Source: Ruditapes philippinarum
Taxonomy: Eukaryota
Direction: 5' to 3'
Assembly: GCF_026571515.1 (NCBI RefSeq)
Contig: NW_026861942.1
Location: 124,001 to 188,000 of the forward strand
Length of the DNA: 64,000 nucleotides
Shown here: piece by piece, positions 39,658-54,000 of the stretch
Position numbering within the stretch: position 1 is the first letter of the stretch
How the letters are laid out: every line of letters starts with the position of its first letter
The notes under the pieces: model-generated
What the model was told of the DNA's origin: nothing
Databases searched by the model: none
Seen by the model: only the letters and a program-made list of their open reading frames with translations
Translations under genes and position numbers: made by a program

Positions 39658-41090
39658 CTTCCTGTAAATGATAATTCACCAAAACAATCAATATTAATAC
39701 ATGTGACTTAATGAATCAATTAATAGTAACGTTCAATTGATAGAAAGTGTGGGACAGCCTTTTTGAATTTGAAGTCAGTTTTTATATTTATCATAAACAT
39801 TTTCATATTCACATTTATTGGTCAATTACTATAATGATTAAACTAGACAATCTTATGCAATACATTGCTGATTAAGGTAAACTTGACAACGAACGAAAAT
39901 GAGCATAATGTCAATTTAATTGTCGACCAACTAGTTGTCAAAAAATGTACCTTTATTCAAACAGCTTAAGTTGAACAAATGATATCTGTAGCACATTCTT
40001 CTATTTTGAAGCACATCATTCATTCTTTAAAAGCATTCTTAAAAGAGTTTCTTTACTTAATCGGTGTATTGCATTTCAAATATATGTATCTATATTATCT
40101 ATTTATAATAATAAAAATATATTTTGCTAGTAATTAAACAAAAACCAAGTTCAATAGTTTGAGAGAAACATAAAAACAAACAAAAAACAATATCAAAGAC
40201 ATAAATAAACAAGACACTATGCATTGAAACTACACGATGATAACTCGAAGAGGAAGTCAGGAAAAACATCAATGTCATTTTACTTACAAACTGTTTGAAT
40301 TGTATTAAATCTTGACCACTTAAACAAGATTGTATGATCAGAGAAAAACTGGATGTAAAAGAGAATGGCTATATCCCTGGGCATTGGATTTAGCTATAAA
40401 GAAGGAAATACTTTTAAACCTTCATTATTGAGACATTGTATGGCATACTTGTACTTAAAATGACATGAGTCAAATAAAAACGTCAATAAAGAACATCGAA
40501 TTTTGCCACCAATGTGAATAAACACTTTTAGTAAAAAGGTGTTATTTAAAATAAGTTATTGTAGTTATATTATTTGCATTATTAACTGCACAGGATATTG
40601 AACATGAATATTTTTAATCTATGAAATATATATAGCTAACTATTTTAAAACACTTGACTCAATCAAAGATATCAGCAGTAACAATCTGACTTAAGAAGTA
40701 AATATCTTGATCAGAATACAGATTCTTTAAACACTTAACTTAAATATTTATATACTGATTGCCTAATATGATAAAATGTATAATATTATAATATGAAGTT
40801 ATAACATACACCCGAATTTTGTTTATGTTAAACATATGTAATGATTGTACCTAGTTTTGCCAATTGTTTTAATTACCGTTTTAAGACACATTTATGAACT
40901 TGTAGTAAAGAAATAAGGTGGACGTGGTATATTGAAGTTGCCATGATATGCACCGTATGAATACATTTCGGATGTTTCAATATGTTTAACAAAATGCCCT
41001 TTCATAATTAAGCAAGGGGTGTGAATGATACCTTTATAATCATCCTAAATCATGTCTTATGTGCAACATTTAAATTTTGCTTGGTATGTT

Positions 41091-44000
41091 TGTGAGGTTG
41101 ATGAAGGCACCCCTATAAAAAATGTTGAGCGTTCTTTGCGTTAGTTATTCTTTGCGGTAATTTGGCGCAGTCTCCGCCATGTTTTAATTAGAAAGAATAA
41201 AGGCAATGAATTAAGAACATATTCTTTTCTTTTTAGGTAAGTATTAACAAGTAAGAGAAAGAAAAAGACTTTCTTCGATAGGTTTATACATTGTATTTTT
41301 TGTTTATCGTAACTGTTATCAATGACATTGTATTGTTTAGCTTGCAAACATGTTTAAAGTTGAGAGTCATATGTTTTCGCGGAAAAACGTTTTACATACG
41401 TATTTTGATATTTATCTATATATCATCATATTTTTACTGTTTATTGTTAATACGCATTTTATATGATAACTATGAACTTTTTGTAAGTAAAATACAGTTT
41501 AATAATTGTTTAGACAATTATTTAGAATAGCATGTTTTAGTATATGCCATATTTGGAAAGAGCTCGGTAAATGAACCCAAAGGCAATTAAACGACATAAA
41601 GTCGAACATATAAAATATTGTTTTGAACATTGTTTATATGCTATTTGTCTAACCGAACATATAACAATTCATTTATTATCTTTCATCTTTTGTTAAGTAT
41701 ATACAGTTATAAGTGCCAAATAAATTGATTGTCAGTATTATCATTTGTGCCAATGATTTAGATTGTTATTGTTTTATGCATAATAGTAAATTCTCAAGTT
41801 AAGTTTCTATTGTAGCAGTTTAGTAATCATCAGTTTAATATGTTTTTATTTCAATCAGATATATAAATAATTAAGGTTGTGTCGTTAATCAGGTTATTAT
41901 TATTCATTCCAAACATTTTACATTGCAGTATTATCATAATAATGATTTATATTTTAATACTCTTTGCATGTACCCCTAGACATGAGTAAAGTTAAAACAT
42001 TGTTATTTTAGTTGTGAACAATTAGTTAAATGTTTTTATGCCACATGTTGTTATGCAACGGCAGTCTCCGCCATGTTTTAATTAGAAAGAATAAAGGCAA
42101 TGAATTAAGAACATATTCTTTTCTTTTTAGACTCCGTATCATATCTTCAATTTGACCCGGCCAACATTTGGGGGCTCGTCCGGGATTTAATAATGGCATG
42201 TTTTTGTGATGTGGTGCGGCTCAAGAGAAAAATTTTTGGCCTTGATTCTATAGAACTGACAACGTAAGAGCAATAAAGCAATTCACAAATGAAGATGAGA
42301 TGTTAAACTTTGCTGAAGAGATGGAAGAATCAATTTTAAAAGAAGAAGAAGAAGAAGATCAAATGGCTTTTCTTTTGGCTGATTTTGAACGGATGCTATT
42401 AGAATGCAAATCAGATGACAAGTCACACAAAATTTTTCCTTATTCAACAGAGAAGTACCATATGAAAACAGATCCGTCACCAGTCATATGGAGTTCAGTA
42501 AGGCAGCAAGTGTCACCTAGCTTATTGACATATGATAAATTGGGACAGCCATCTTACCAAAAAGTGGTTAATTCACTGTGTTGGTTGTCACCATTAGGAT
42601 TTTTTTTCTAAGCAATTTGATAAGAATACACAGTCACTTAAAGACATTTATTGATTATAGAAATAAGGCATGATGCTCAGGAACAAAGGGTTCGTCATTA
42701 AAGAGAACAGGTTGGCAATGGGTCAAAACTTCTATAGCCAAAAGTGTATGACTTGAACAGACTGGCCATCTTTTCATTTCATGGGGTTTTGGCGTGGTCA
42801 AACTGTTAAGTGTAATGGCGTTGGGTTTCCTGGGGAAGCGCTTAAGATAAGAATCAATAAATAATGAAGTGTCTTTGTATAAATAATTGTGATCTTAGAG
42901 GTTGAAAAGAATGTTAGTCAATAGTGTTTCATTTGAGATCTGGGGAAATATTTTAAAGCTTATGTTTGAAATAAGTAAATTTTTGAGTTATTTTTCTATT
43001 TGTTTATTTACTTGGTTTCTAGTCTTCATTTTATTATAGTTATATATTTTGTAAATTGTTTGTGAATCATTTGGGGTTTTAAGTGGTTAGTGATAACGGT
43101 TCATTTGATAGCAAATGTCGGGACGACATTTGGTTTACGGGGGGAGTGTGTGAGGTTGATGAAGGCACCCCTATAAAAAATGTTGAGCGTTCTTTGCGTT
43201 AGTTATTCTTTGCGGTAATTTGGCGCAGTCTCCGCCATGTTTTAATTAGAAAGAATAAAGGCAATGAATTAAGAACATATTCTTTTCTTTTTAGGTAAGT
43301 ATTAACAAGTAAGAGAAAGAAAAAGACTTTCTTCGATAGGTTTATACATTGTATTTTTTGTTTATCGTAACTGTTATCAATGACATTGTATTGTTTAGCT
43401 TGCAAACATGTTTAAAGTTGAGAGTCATATGTTTTCGCGGAAAAAAACGTTTTACATACGTATTTTGATATTCATCTATATATCATCATATTTTTACTGT
43501 TTATTGTTAATACGCATTTTATATGATAACTATGAACTTTTTGTAAGTAAAATACAGTTTAATAATTGTTTAGACAATTATTTAGAATAGCATGTTTTAG
43601 TATATGCCATATTTGGAAAGAGCTCGGTAAATGAACCCAAAGGCAATTAAACGACATAAAGTCGAACATATAAAATATTGTTTTGAACATTGTTTATATG
43701 CTATTTGTCTAACCGAACATATAACAATTCATTTATTATCTTTCATCTTTTGTAAGTATATACAGTTATAAGTGCCAAATAAATTGATTGTCAGTATTAT
43801 CATTTGTGCCAATGATTTAGATTGTTATTGTTTTATGCATAATAGTAAATTCTCAAGTTAAGTTTCTATTGTAGCAGTTTAGTAATCATCAGTTTAATAT
43901 GTTTTTATTTCAATCAGATATATAAATAATTTAAGGTTGTGTCGTTAAATCAGGTTATTATTATTCATTCCAAACATTTTACATTGCAGTATTATCATAA

Positions 44001-44227
44001 TAATGATTTATATTTTAATACTCTTTGCATGTACCCCTAGACATGAGTAAAGTTAAAACATTGTTATTTTAGTTGTGAACAATTAGTTAAATGTTTTTAT
44101 GCCACATGTTGTTATGCAACGGCAGTCTCCGCCATGTTTTAATTAGAAAGAATAAAGGCAATGAATTAAGAACATATTCTTTTCTTTTTAGACTCCGTAT
44201 CATATCTTCAATTTGACCCGGCTAACA
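41091..44227 (+). mobile_element. Non-autonomous LTR retrotransposon (Ty3/Gypsy-type): LTRs 41091-42166 and 43149-44227, ~980-bp internal region without pol
   Basis: TG...CA LTR ends and 4-bp TSD TGTT (41087-41090, 44228-44231). PBS at 42169-42186 and PPT GGGGGGAG at 43139-43146. LTRs differ by about 2 substitutions and 4 small indels. Empty site in the paralog at ~21375. Confidence 0.95.
42169..42186 (+). other. Primer-binding site, tRNA-Pro
   Basis: TGGGGGCTCGTCCGGGAT is the exact 18-nt complement of the metazoan tRNA-Pro 3' end, 2 nt downstream of the 5' LTR. Confidence 0.92.
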
Positions 44228-47200
44228 TGTTTTTTTTTCAAATTTGCATTTTAAACTTTGCAGTCCAACCCGTTTTTTTGACGAATGAATCAATTGTTTA
44301 AAAATCAGTTGAAAGCATTTTTAAATGAAAATATGCTCTTAACATATGCAGGAATGTCAATAAGTTAAAGGCGTTTACCTGTAATAACTATTTGCAAAAT
44401 GTGTATTTTGTATTTCAAGCAGGTGTATTTCAAGGGTTTTAAAGACCTTGTAAAAACTAAAAATCTAAACACTTATATATTGTCATCTATAGTTATGTAA
44501 GATGTTGCTTCACACTATTATAATTTTACAAATCAAAAGGGTGTTGCATATGAAGTCATTTAATTCATATGTCTTGTTTGTTACGTGGAGTTTACCATAG
44601 TTTTGATCGTGTTTATCATATTTTGTTAAAAAATTTAATGAATACAGCTAAGAAGTTGAAGGAAAAAACACAAAGAAAAGCCTTATACGAAATTATCTGT
44701 TTTGAAAAATGTTAATCACATTAAACACAGAATACAAACACATGTAAAACTAAACAGTAAATCTTCAGTGAAGAGGTTATAAGAAATATTTGTTAAATGT
44801 CGGAGACAACACTGTCTGAATGCCATGATCACGAATTACTTTGTTAGACGTATCACAACGTACATATATATTGGTCTCAAATGGGACTATACCGAAAGCT
44901 TTCTTGATTAATTGTTTAATTATTTCTCCCCATTTCGCAAGTTTGTTGTGACATTTATCGTACACGAAGTGTCTAAAGGCCTAAAACTAAGGAGCCAATA
45001 TGCTCATTGATAGATCGTCGACCGGAAGGTTGGCTTTTAATGATAGCAAGGAATCAAAATAATGTGACACTTTCCTACAAAATATGTTCATGCTCCAATT
45101 GTCATTAAGGTGAGAGTTCCATGAGATTATTCATTTGGAATATAGACATTCCCCAAACCAATTTTTTTTTGTAAACTGAACCACTCCCTCGCCTATTTTA
45201 AACAACCAGTCGGTGATGAGTCAATGGAATTCTTACATATTGTCTTTTTGGTCGCAGGTCACTCTCTTGTAGCCTTTTACGCATGAGAAATGACAACAAA
45301 AAGTGTCCACAAAAGCATTATGAAGATCGTTACAAAGAGTAAATCACGTTCATTATGCACAAGTTTACCATTCGAAATTTCATTTTTTTACAAAAATAAA
45401 TCAGCTAAAAGTTTGCTTCTTATTTATCTATCGTTTAAATTGCAGTAAAAAAGAGGTTTGAATTCTTCAACAAATGATTATCACGGATGACTGATTTCTA
45501 TATATTTTTGTTTTGTCTCATTTCGCAAACAGATCAAAGTCGACTGTGACAGAACTCATTTGTATCCTTAACTCGTATTCCTTAATTCAGCAGATATAAC
45601 GTCTCGATTTTCATATTCAATATCTATAGAAATTCATATAATGTGCTTTATTATATGATCTTAAAATATCTACAATCTCATTTGTCAAAACAGTAGTCAA
45701 CAGATCTTTTTATAAAATATTCACTGAGTGTAATATCATATACACTGACTGAATTGGAATTTTTTTCAGTCTAAAAATATATTGAGACTCCTTATCAATG
45801 ACCATGCATCTTAGACTGTTTATCACTCGTGCGCATAAAAAGGAATTGTTTCGTTTTGTTCTTTAAGGCATATTTCTCGATTAAAAGAGCATTGCTTTAC
45901 TATGATAGTTAAATGTTACACTGCAATGATAAGTATAACTTGATATTTTTCATTGACGTCATCTTGTTTACGTCCGTCTTTTTCCCGCGATTTAATGAAA
46001 ATACAGTGAGAGCAAATGAAATTTGTGTTCTGTTTTATCAAACCCAGCATTAGTAACGTCACACTTTTACATAACTATATAACTTACGTACAGATAAATA
46101 TATCATGTGACAAAATGACGGTCATTTAACTCTTTCCCTTTCCTTATACTTACATAACAATCTTGTGTACGTTTATTTTTATTGTTTTATACAAAACGCA
46201 TAATAACTGAATAGAAGAAATCAAAAGTGAAAGCAAAATATTTAATAAAAAAGTGAAAATATTTATGGCTCTGTGATGGTCGAATTTTTGGTGCGTGGTT
46301 GCAGCGGTTTATGTACTGATCGAGAGGGGAAGGCTTGCTATACCTTTAACATATTATCAAAATAGAAGTGCATACTAAGGTGAGTAAAGACAAGGATAAC
46401 GATTGACACAATGAAATCACTCGAATCATCACAGTGGATCGTTAATTATTCTAACCTTTATCAAATCTAAAGCTCTAACATCTATTATCAAAGTCTTAGT
46501 CTTGCAGATACTTTATAAAAAGACGCAGCAAAAACACTCCCTTTTTGGTGTGGTATTTCAAAACCAATGTTAATAACCTATAAGGTTATGATATGAATTC
46601 TTTCTTCTGTAAATAAATCTGTTAGAAAAATGTATTCAATTTATCGTGTCTGGCTTATGGGTCATAATAAGCCAAAAGTGTCACTTTTATTTTGTCTGTA
46701 TGTCTATATTCTTTACATAATACAATGTCAGTTAAACTCTTATCTAAATGGCAACTTGGGTCAAAACATACTTGCAACTTCTGAAGTTTTATTATGAATA
46801 GAAACATGTTATTATCGTTGTATTATTAAAGTGAGGTTATGTTCATTTTTCGATTTCAAGTTGAGTTGACTAATACATGTAATTGATAATAAAAAAAAAC
46901 GTTTATGAAATAATGTAAAAAGCCTAAATTGTAGAAAGACTGCCCCAGTCTTTTTAAAAAATAAACGTTATTGGTCGATATTTATAGGAAATTCCATTGG
47001 TGAATGTGGATTATTGATCACAATTTGATTTGTCTTAGTAATATATAAAATTGACACAACTGTTGTAAAATGTCGTGTTATTTTTATCTTTACATGTTCA
47101 CTGACCAATTACACTTTGTTGATGATAATGTCACTTAATCTTACTTAAATAACAACCATATGTGCACTGCAAAACATATGATACCAAACATTTGTAGTTG

Positions 47201-50200
47201 TGTTTATCTATACCTTTTAGATTATAATTGTTATCCTACTATGAAGCTGTCAGGATCAATACAAGTAATTCTATTGTCGAAAAGGGATATATGAAATAAA
47301 CAATAAAACATAAGTATTTAACTTAATGCATACTTTTAAAATGCATATCTGTGTGTGATATTTTGCATACGGTGATCAACTTTAGTAGCAGACACTTATC
47401 AATGACTCCAACATGATGGAAAAGAAATATAACCAAAATAGTTGGTTATATTCCCCGTTTTAGCTAATAAAACAAAGCCGAAATTAATGTAATTTCATTC
47501 TATAATAAGTAATGAATAAAACACACACATGGTATGAAAGTGAAAATATTGAAAATACATGTTTATCAATATACAGCTAACAAAATTTGAATTGTTACAT
47601 GTACTGAATTGTAAAAAAACTGCTAATTTCAAGTACAAAGACATCTGCAGATGATTTTAAATTAAAATGGTCATGCATTATATAATTATTGTTGAATCGT
47701 TCTTAAACCGGGTCTAAGACGTGTGGATAGTAACATGCACTTAACAGTTGTATAATCAAGTTTGCGGTTTGTGTGGCCTAATAGGTTTCCTTTATATCAA
47801 TCTTTTATTTGTAATCTTCAAACTTGAACTACTTCATTGTTTTTTAAGTTTTTGCCTAACTGCAATACTTGGATCCCTAATCTGTCTAATTCTGATAACA
47901 TTATGTTTTTTCATTACAAAATGTGTGCTAACAAACGAGCACATGTCAAGTTGTGTGGTTAAAATATTGTTTTTCAGAATAAAGATAAGGGATGTATCAA
48001 TGAACGATTATTCTTTGGAAAAAAAACATGTATGGTACGAATTGAAATATTAATACGTAAGATAGTTTCTACTTAAGTCCATCACTACTATGAAACTTTA
48101 TTGGTCCTTTATTCATTTAATATTGTTGACTTATAGTAAAATATATCTTAATCTAGCAAAATTCATCAACATAGATAGAAATAAAGATGCATGTATTGTT
48201 TCATTCACCTCTTTTCAAGACAAAATGATCACACGACGTTAGATTGCAAACAAGTATATTAAAATTTTGTATAAGTAAAATATTTAGTTAATTTCAACAC
48301 TTTGTTCAAGCAATAAAATTTTCATTTCATATTTCCAATGAAATTTGATCCACCAGTTATGGAATAAACGATAAACCAATGCCATATTAACAAATTTTAA
48401 TGGCATTTCATAAGCGTCATTCGTCCGCTCTTCGCAAATCTAACTTTACAACATTATTATAACTGTGATTATTCTATACTTACGAAATATTTGAGAAACC
48501 TTATATATTTGCCTTTGTTTGTCTGTTCACCTCATACGTCTATCTTACTGGTTTGGACCTAGGAAGAAATCCTTATCTATAATAATAACTTCTTACTCAA
48601 TAAAACTATTTCCCATGGGATTTGCCTGATACCATCGGCTAGACCTTATCTTAAAAGATAGTAAGTCTGTTCTATGGAGTTTCAAATATTACTGTATGTG
48701 ACATTAAGTTAAAACATTTTTGGTTGTTTCGAGTATTCAAAAGTCTCACCTAAAGCGTATATAATAGTAAAGTATGAATTATTGTTAAGTTCTTATCATG
48801 GAAAGGGCTAATTTTTGTATTTAAAAGACAAACCGTTGACTTTATTCAATAAGACTGTCACAAAAACTCTGTTTAGATTTATGAAAACAGATGTATTAGA
48901 AGACAGTTATTTGTTCAAAATTTGAAAAGTTTCCTGTAAGTTGAATATATTTGCTTGAACTGACTTGAACTAAAGCTTTTAAAATTAATACATTGATTAC
49001 TGTTTTGTGGATAAAAACACTTACCATGGAGTTTCACACACGCGATATTTTATTGCATTTCGAATATAAAATGGAACAGATTATTTAAGTTAATTATACA
49101 CAATAAGAAATATTTAACATTGCGTGTTTAGTTTCTCTTATTTGTGGATAAATTGTATGTGAAAAATAAATATCCTCTTGGAAATGTTTATTACTCTCCG
49201 CATGTATTTTGTGTCATTGTCCTTATGTGATTTTATAACTCATCATGGTTAGCTGTAGAGAAAGAGTTTTATTAATTTTAGCACATTTGATATTTTCTTT
49301 AATAAAATATATAAATTATTTTGTACCTAAACGTTAAACAGCCTATTGGCTGTCAACGTTTGCGTCAATGTAGGTTTCCCGTTAGTGTTTATTTTGTCAG
49401 TTCTTTCTGTCAATTTTAAGTGAAAAGTTCATTATGTCCGTCTTAAGGCCAGTCTTTTTATTCCGCCGATCTTAAATAAGGTATTTATTCTTTCAATTTT
49501 AAGTGAAATGTTCATTTGACCTAACTTAAGTGTTCTTTTTTCTGCTAATCTTAAGTTAAGATCACAAAACCGATATAATACAGGACAATCATATTTCACT
49601 AGTGTTTCCAAAATCTTTTGGGGTTCAACCTGAATAGAAATATAGAAACAATCACAAAGAAAAGCCTTAGACGAAATAATCTGTTTTGAAAAAGTTAATT
49701 ATATTAAACAAAGAATACAAACACATATAAAACATAAGAGTGAATCTTGTGTGAAGTGGTTATAAGAAATTTTTGTTGAATGTCGGAGACAGCAATGTCT
49801 GACTTCCATGATCACGAAATACTTTGATGTTAGACGTATCACAACGTACATACGTATATATTGGTCTGAAATGGGACATTACTAAAAGCTTTCTTGATTA
49901 ATTGTTTAGTTTTTTCTCCCCATTTCGCAAGTGTGTTGTGGCATTTATCGTACACGAAATGTCTAGAAGTCTAAAACGAATGAGACAAAATTCCCATTGA
50001 TAGATCGTCGACCGGAAGGTTGGCTTTCAATGATATCAAGGAATGAAAATAATGTGACATTTTCTAACGAAATAATTTATGTTCTTCCTCCAATAACCAT
50101 TTAGGTGAGAGTTACATAAATAATTCATTAAGAATGAGGACATTTCCCAAACAATTTTCTTTGTAAACTGGCCCACTCCCTCGCCCATTTTAAACGACTT

Positions 50201-51240
50201 GTCGGGGATGAGTCAATGGAATTCTTACATATGCAAGTCACTCTCTTGAAGCCTTTTACGCAAAAGAAATGACTACAGAATTTGTCCACAAAAGAAATAT
50301 GAAGATCGTTAAAAAGAGTAGTTTGTCTGTAAAAATCATTTGCATTATGTACAAGCTCATCCTTCAGAATTTCATTTTTTGGCATAAAACAGCTAAACTT
50401 TTGCTGTAATTTATCTATCGTTTACGTTGCAGTAAATAAGAGGATTGAATTCTTTAACAAATGATTTCCAGAGATAACAGATTTCTATATATTTTTGTTT
50501 TTCTCTCCAAACAGATCAATGGCGACTGTGGCAGAACTCATTTGTATCCTTAACCCGTGTTCCTATAATGTCTCCATTTTCACATTCATTATCTATAGAC
50601 CTTCATATAATGTTCTTTATTATATGATCTAAAATAGCTGCAACCTCATTGGTCAAAACTTAAGTAATTAGAAATTTTTATAAAATATTCACTGAGTGTA
50701 ATATCATATTCACTGGCTGAATTGGATTTTTTTCCAGTCTTGAAGAAATCAAAAGTGATTGAAAATATTTAATAGAAAAGTAAAAATATTTTATTTTATG
50801 GCTCTGTGATGGTCGAATTTTTTGTGTGAGGTAGCAGCGGTTTCTGTATGGATCGAGAGCAAAACATGCTATGGGCTGCTTGCTATACTTATAAAATGTA
50901 ATTAACATATATATTATCAAAAATGAAGTGCAAATGGAGTCAAAACATACTTGCAACCCCGTGAATAGAAAGAGATCCTTATCGTTGTATAATAAGAAGT
51001 CTTCATATAGTCATGTCTTTACTTCAACAATGACAAGCGTACTGCAAAGCATGTGACCCCATTAAAATTAATGTATATTTGTTTATTCATATGCCGATTA
51101 AATGACAATTGTAAGTGATGGAGCTTTCACCTTCCTTGTAGGTTATTCTATTATCGAAAAGTGGTATTTTATTCATAAAACAACTATATGCCGAAACAGA
51201 TATCTTCGAATATTCAATTTACGTTTTTTATTGTTCTTAA

Positions 51241-53215
51241 GGTGACAACGGAGTAAATTATCACTGAAAATACCTAAAATGAGATTTTTTGCTTAGTAGA
51301 TTTATCCATCTTTTCTGAACACATTCGTGATTTCATTTTGGAAGCAGTTAGTCCAAAAAAATGTGTTTTTAAACGTTTTAAAACGGTACCTGTACCATTT
51401 TTATCTGCTATTCGCATAACCTGTCAATTATCGATAACGCTCCGCCCCCTGTTGAGGCATCAATGAGGGAAATCGGTAGTTCCATACATGCGTGAATTAC
51501 CGGTCCATACTGGTCCATACTACTCGTAATTCATGTATCGTACAAATACCGAATATCGTCTACCTTTTATTTAACCTTTTTTATAAAATAAGAAATTGTC
51601 GGCCAATTAACATAACATAATCTATGAAACATAAATAATTAAGCATAGCGGCAAATCGCACGACCACGGGGTTGATTAAAAATATAGTTGCTAAAATATC
51701 CATAATGTGTGAAAATAATGTGTCTGTCCCGTTAATCTGATAGATATTACATTGAGTTTATGGACTTTTGTACGGATTCAAGGGCTTGCTTCACATTCAA
51801 CCTCGTTTTCAAACAATATTAAGTAAAACAACAACAAAAACAGACAACATTTTTTATGTGAACGCCTATATGACTTGTGGTAAGGTGTCCCTGTCAAATT
51901 TCTAAACCATTTTAGGTCGTCTAAGGATGATTATTTCTCTATGAATCAATAAAAAAAGATATTAAAATATATTATCAGTGAATGCTTTGAATAAATTTTT
52001 CGCCAGTAAATCGAACACAGTACTAATAAACCTGGGACAAGGTATGGAATTTATTGTATATCGCAGTAGAAACTGGATCTCTATGCCGTGCTTAATGCAT
52101 AGATGTTATTCATGATAATAGAAGTCAAGAAGATCAGATCATAATGATCGAGTGATACCTGTTACATCTATTAAAATATGTGAAGCATTTATATCAATTC
52201 AGAGGGAAAAATATATAATACATTTTGGATTCCGTTATTATTTGTACATCTACCATGGACTTTAAAAGACCGTCAGAAGCTCAGTTTTTTGTTATTTTAA
52301 TTTATATTTCAACAGAATTTCATAAACGAATACACAGAGTGACACTGGTATAATATAATTATAATGCTGATGATAATAATAATAAACTTCAAAATACCCC
52401 GCTAGCGGTGCGCAAATACGTCCAATTTCCCCCCCACCGAGTGCCTCAAATTTTACCGAGAGTCACATGATATGTGCGACCGATACCAGACGGACGGTAA
52501 ATCATGTTAAGATTTGAAGAAATTTCTGTTATAAACTGATATTAATCAGCAACTTTTTAATTGGTCAGATGTCACTGGGTCATAAAATGTTGTTAGAGTA
52601 TGTTACCGCAACTTGTGACCCTTTCGAGTGCGATATTTGTGTATTATGCAATTATTTAGCGTGAAACGGAGGGGTCCGAGAGAGAACAGCCGATTTATGA
52701 CACTTCGTTTGATGCGGGTCCGACTAACTTTGAATCGGCATACCTTTTTTTAATAATCAAGCAATTAACATGCGATTTAAAGCACATGAAAGGGAATTCA
52801 TTTACGGAGGGAATCGTGTCAGGGATTTTTGTTTGCTCAATCAGCGACTAAATTATCTTTAATTACGTAATATGTATGGTGAAAAAAGTCGCATAAAATG
52901 TTTGACGTTACGTAATATTTTTTTGAGAAAAGATAGAAAAAAATTGATACACGTTTCCCCAGATATTATAAGTATGTTTATTTTCCAAAAGTTTGATGAC
53001 AAAAAAATAAAAAATGACTTTGATATGACGATTTAAAATTTTAGGATTTTTATTAAAAATCAATCATTTACAAAGGCATTTTTTTCAAATATGTTATTTT
53101 TTATGATGATCAACGACATTTAATGCACAAAGATTAAATTAATAACAATTATTACTAAAATAAGTTGGTTTAAATGACATTTATGTGAATACCATGGAAA
53201 GTGTCTGTTGTCACC
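51241..53215. mobile_element. Non-autonomous DNA transposon, Kolobok-like, TTAA TSD
   Basis: TTAA-GGTGACAACGGA ... TCTGTTGTCACC-TTAA. RR..YY termini with TTAA fit Kolobok rather than piggyBac (CCY). Empty site at ~26610. Confidence 0.85.
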
Positions 53216-54000
53216 TTAAGTTTTGTTGATATTTGATTTTATTTGACTTATACTTTAAAAATGCATATCTGTAAGTGCACTATGCTATCTTTAAATATTT
53301 GTGTACCCTTTACATACGATATTTGCAGTTTAATAGATCCTGTAGTATGCAAAAGAAATACAACCAAAATAATTGGTTTAATCCATTCATTAAGCTTAAG
53401 TAAAACCAAAATCAATGTAATTTGATTCTATAATAAGAGTTGAGTAAAACATAGATAGTCCGAAAGAGGAAAAAGTGATGATGCATGTTTTTCAATCTAA
53501 GTTAGATTTTTGAATTGTAACAGCGATTCGTTTAATAAAGAATACGAAGGGCACGAATGGATATATTCGTATATAAGATATTTTCTAGTTTTGTCCATCA
53601 CTACTATGAAAATGTGTTGCTCCTTTATTTGTTAATATCGGTACCATTTTCATGTATTTTATTTTTGACTTATGGTAATTATATCTTTATCTTGAAAAGG
53701 TCGTTAAACATAGAAAGAAAAAAGATATAATTAACCCTTTTCAAGACAAAATGATCACACGACGTTAAATTGCAACCACATATATTTATATAAGTAAAAT
53801 ATTTAGTTAATTTTGACACTTTGTTCAAGCAATTAAATTTTCATTTCATATTTCCAATGAAATTTGATCCACCAGTTATGGCATGAACGATAAACCAATG
53901 CCATATTAACAAATTTCAATGGCATTCCATAAGCGTCATTCGTCCGTTCTTCGCAAATCTCACTTACGACATTTTTATCGCTGTGATTATTCTATACTTA

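Noticed and set aside
41141-43590. Identical ORF pairs (MQAKQYN..., ...FYIRILIF...)
   Set aside because: They are the two LTR copies, and one pair is frameshifted between the LTRs.
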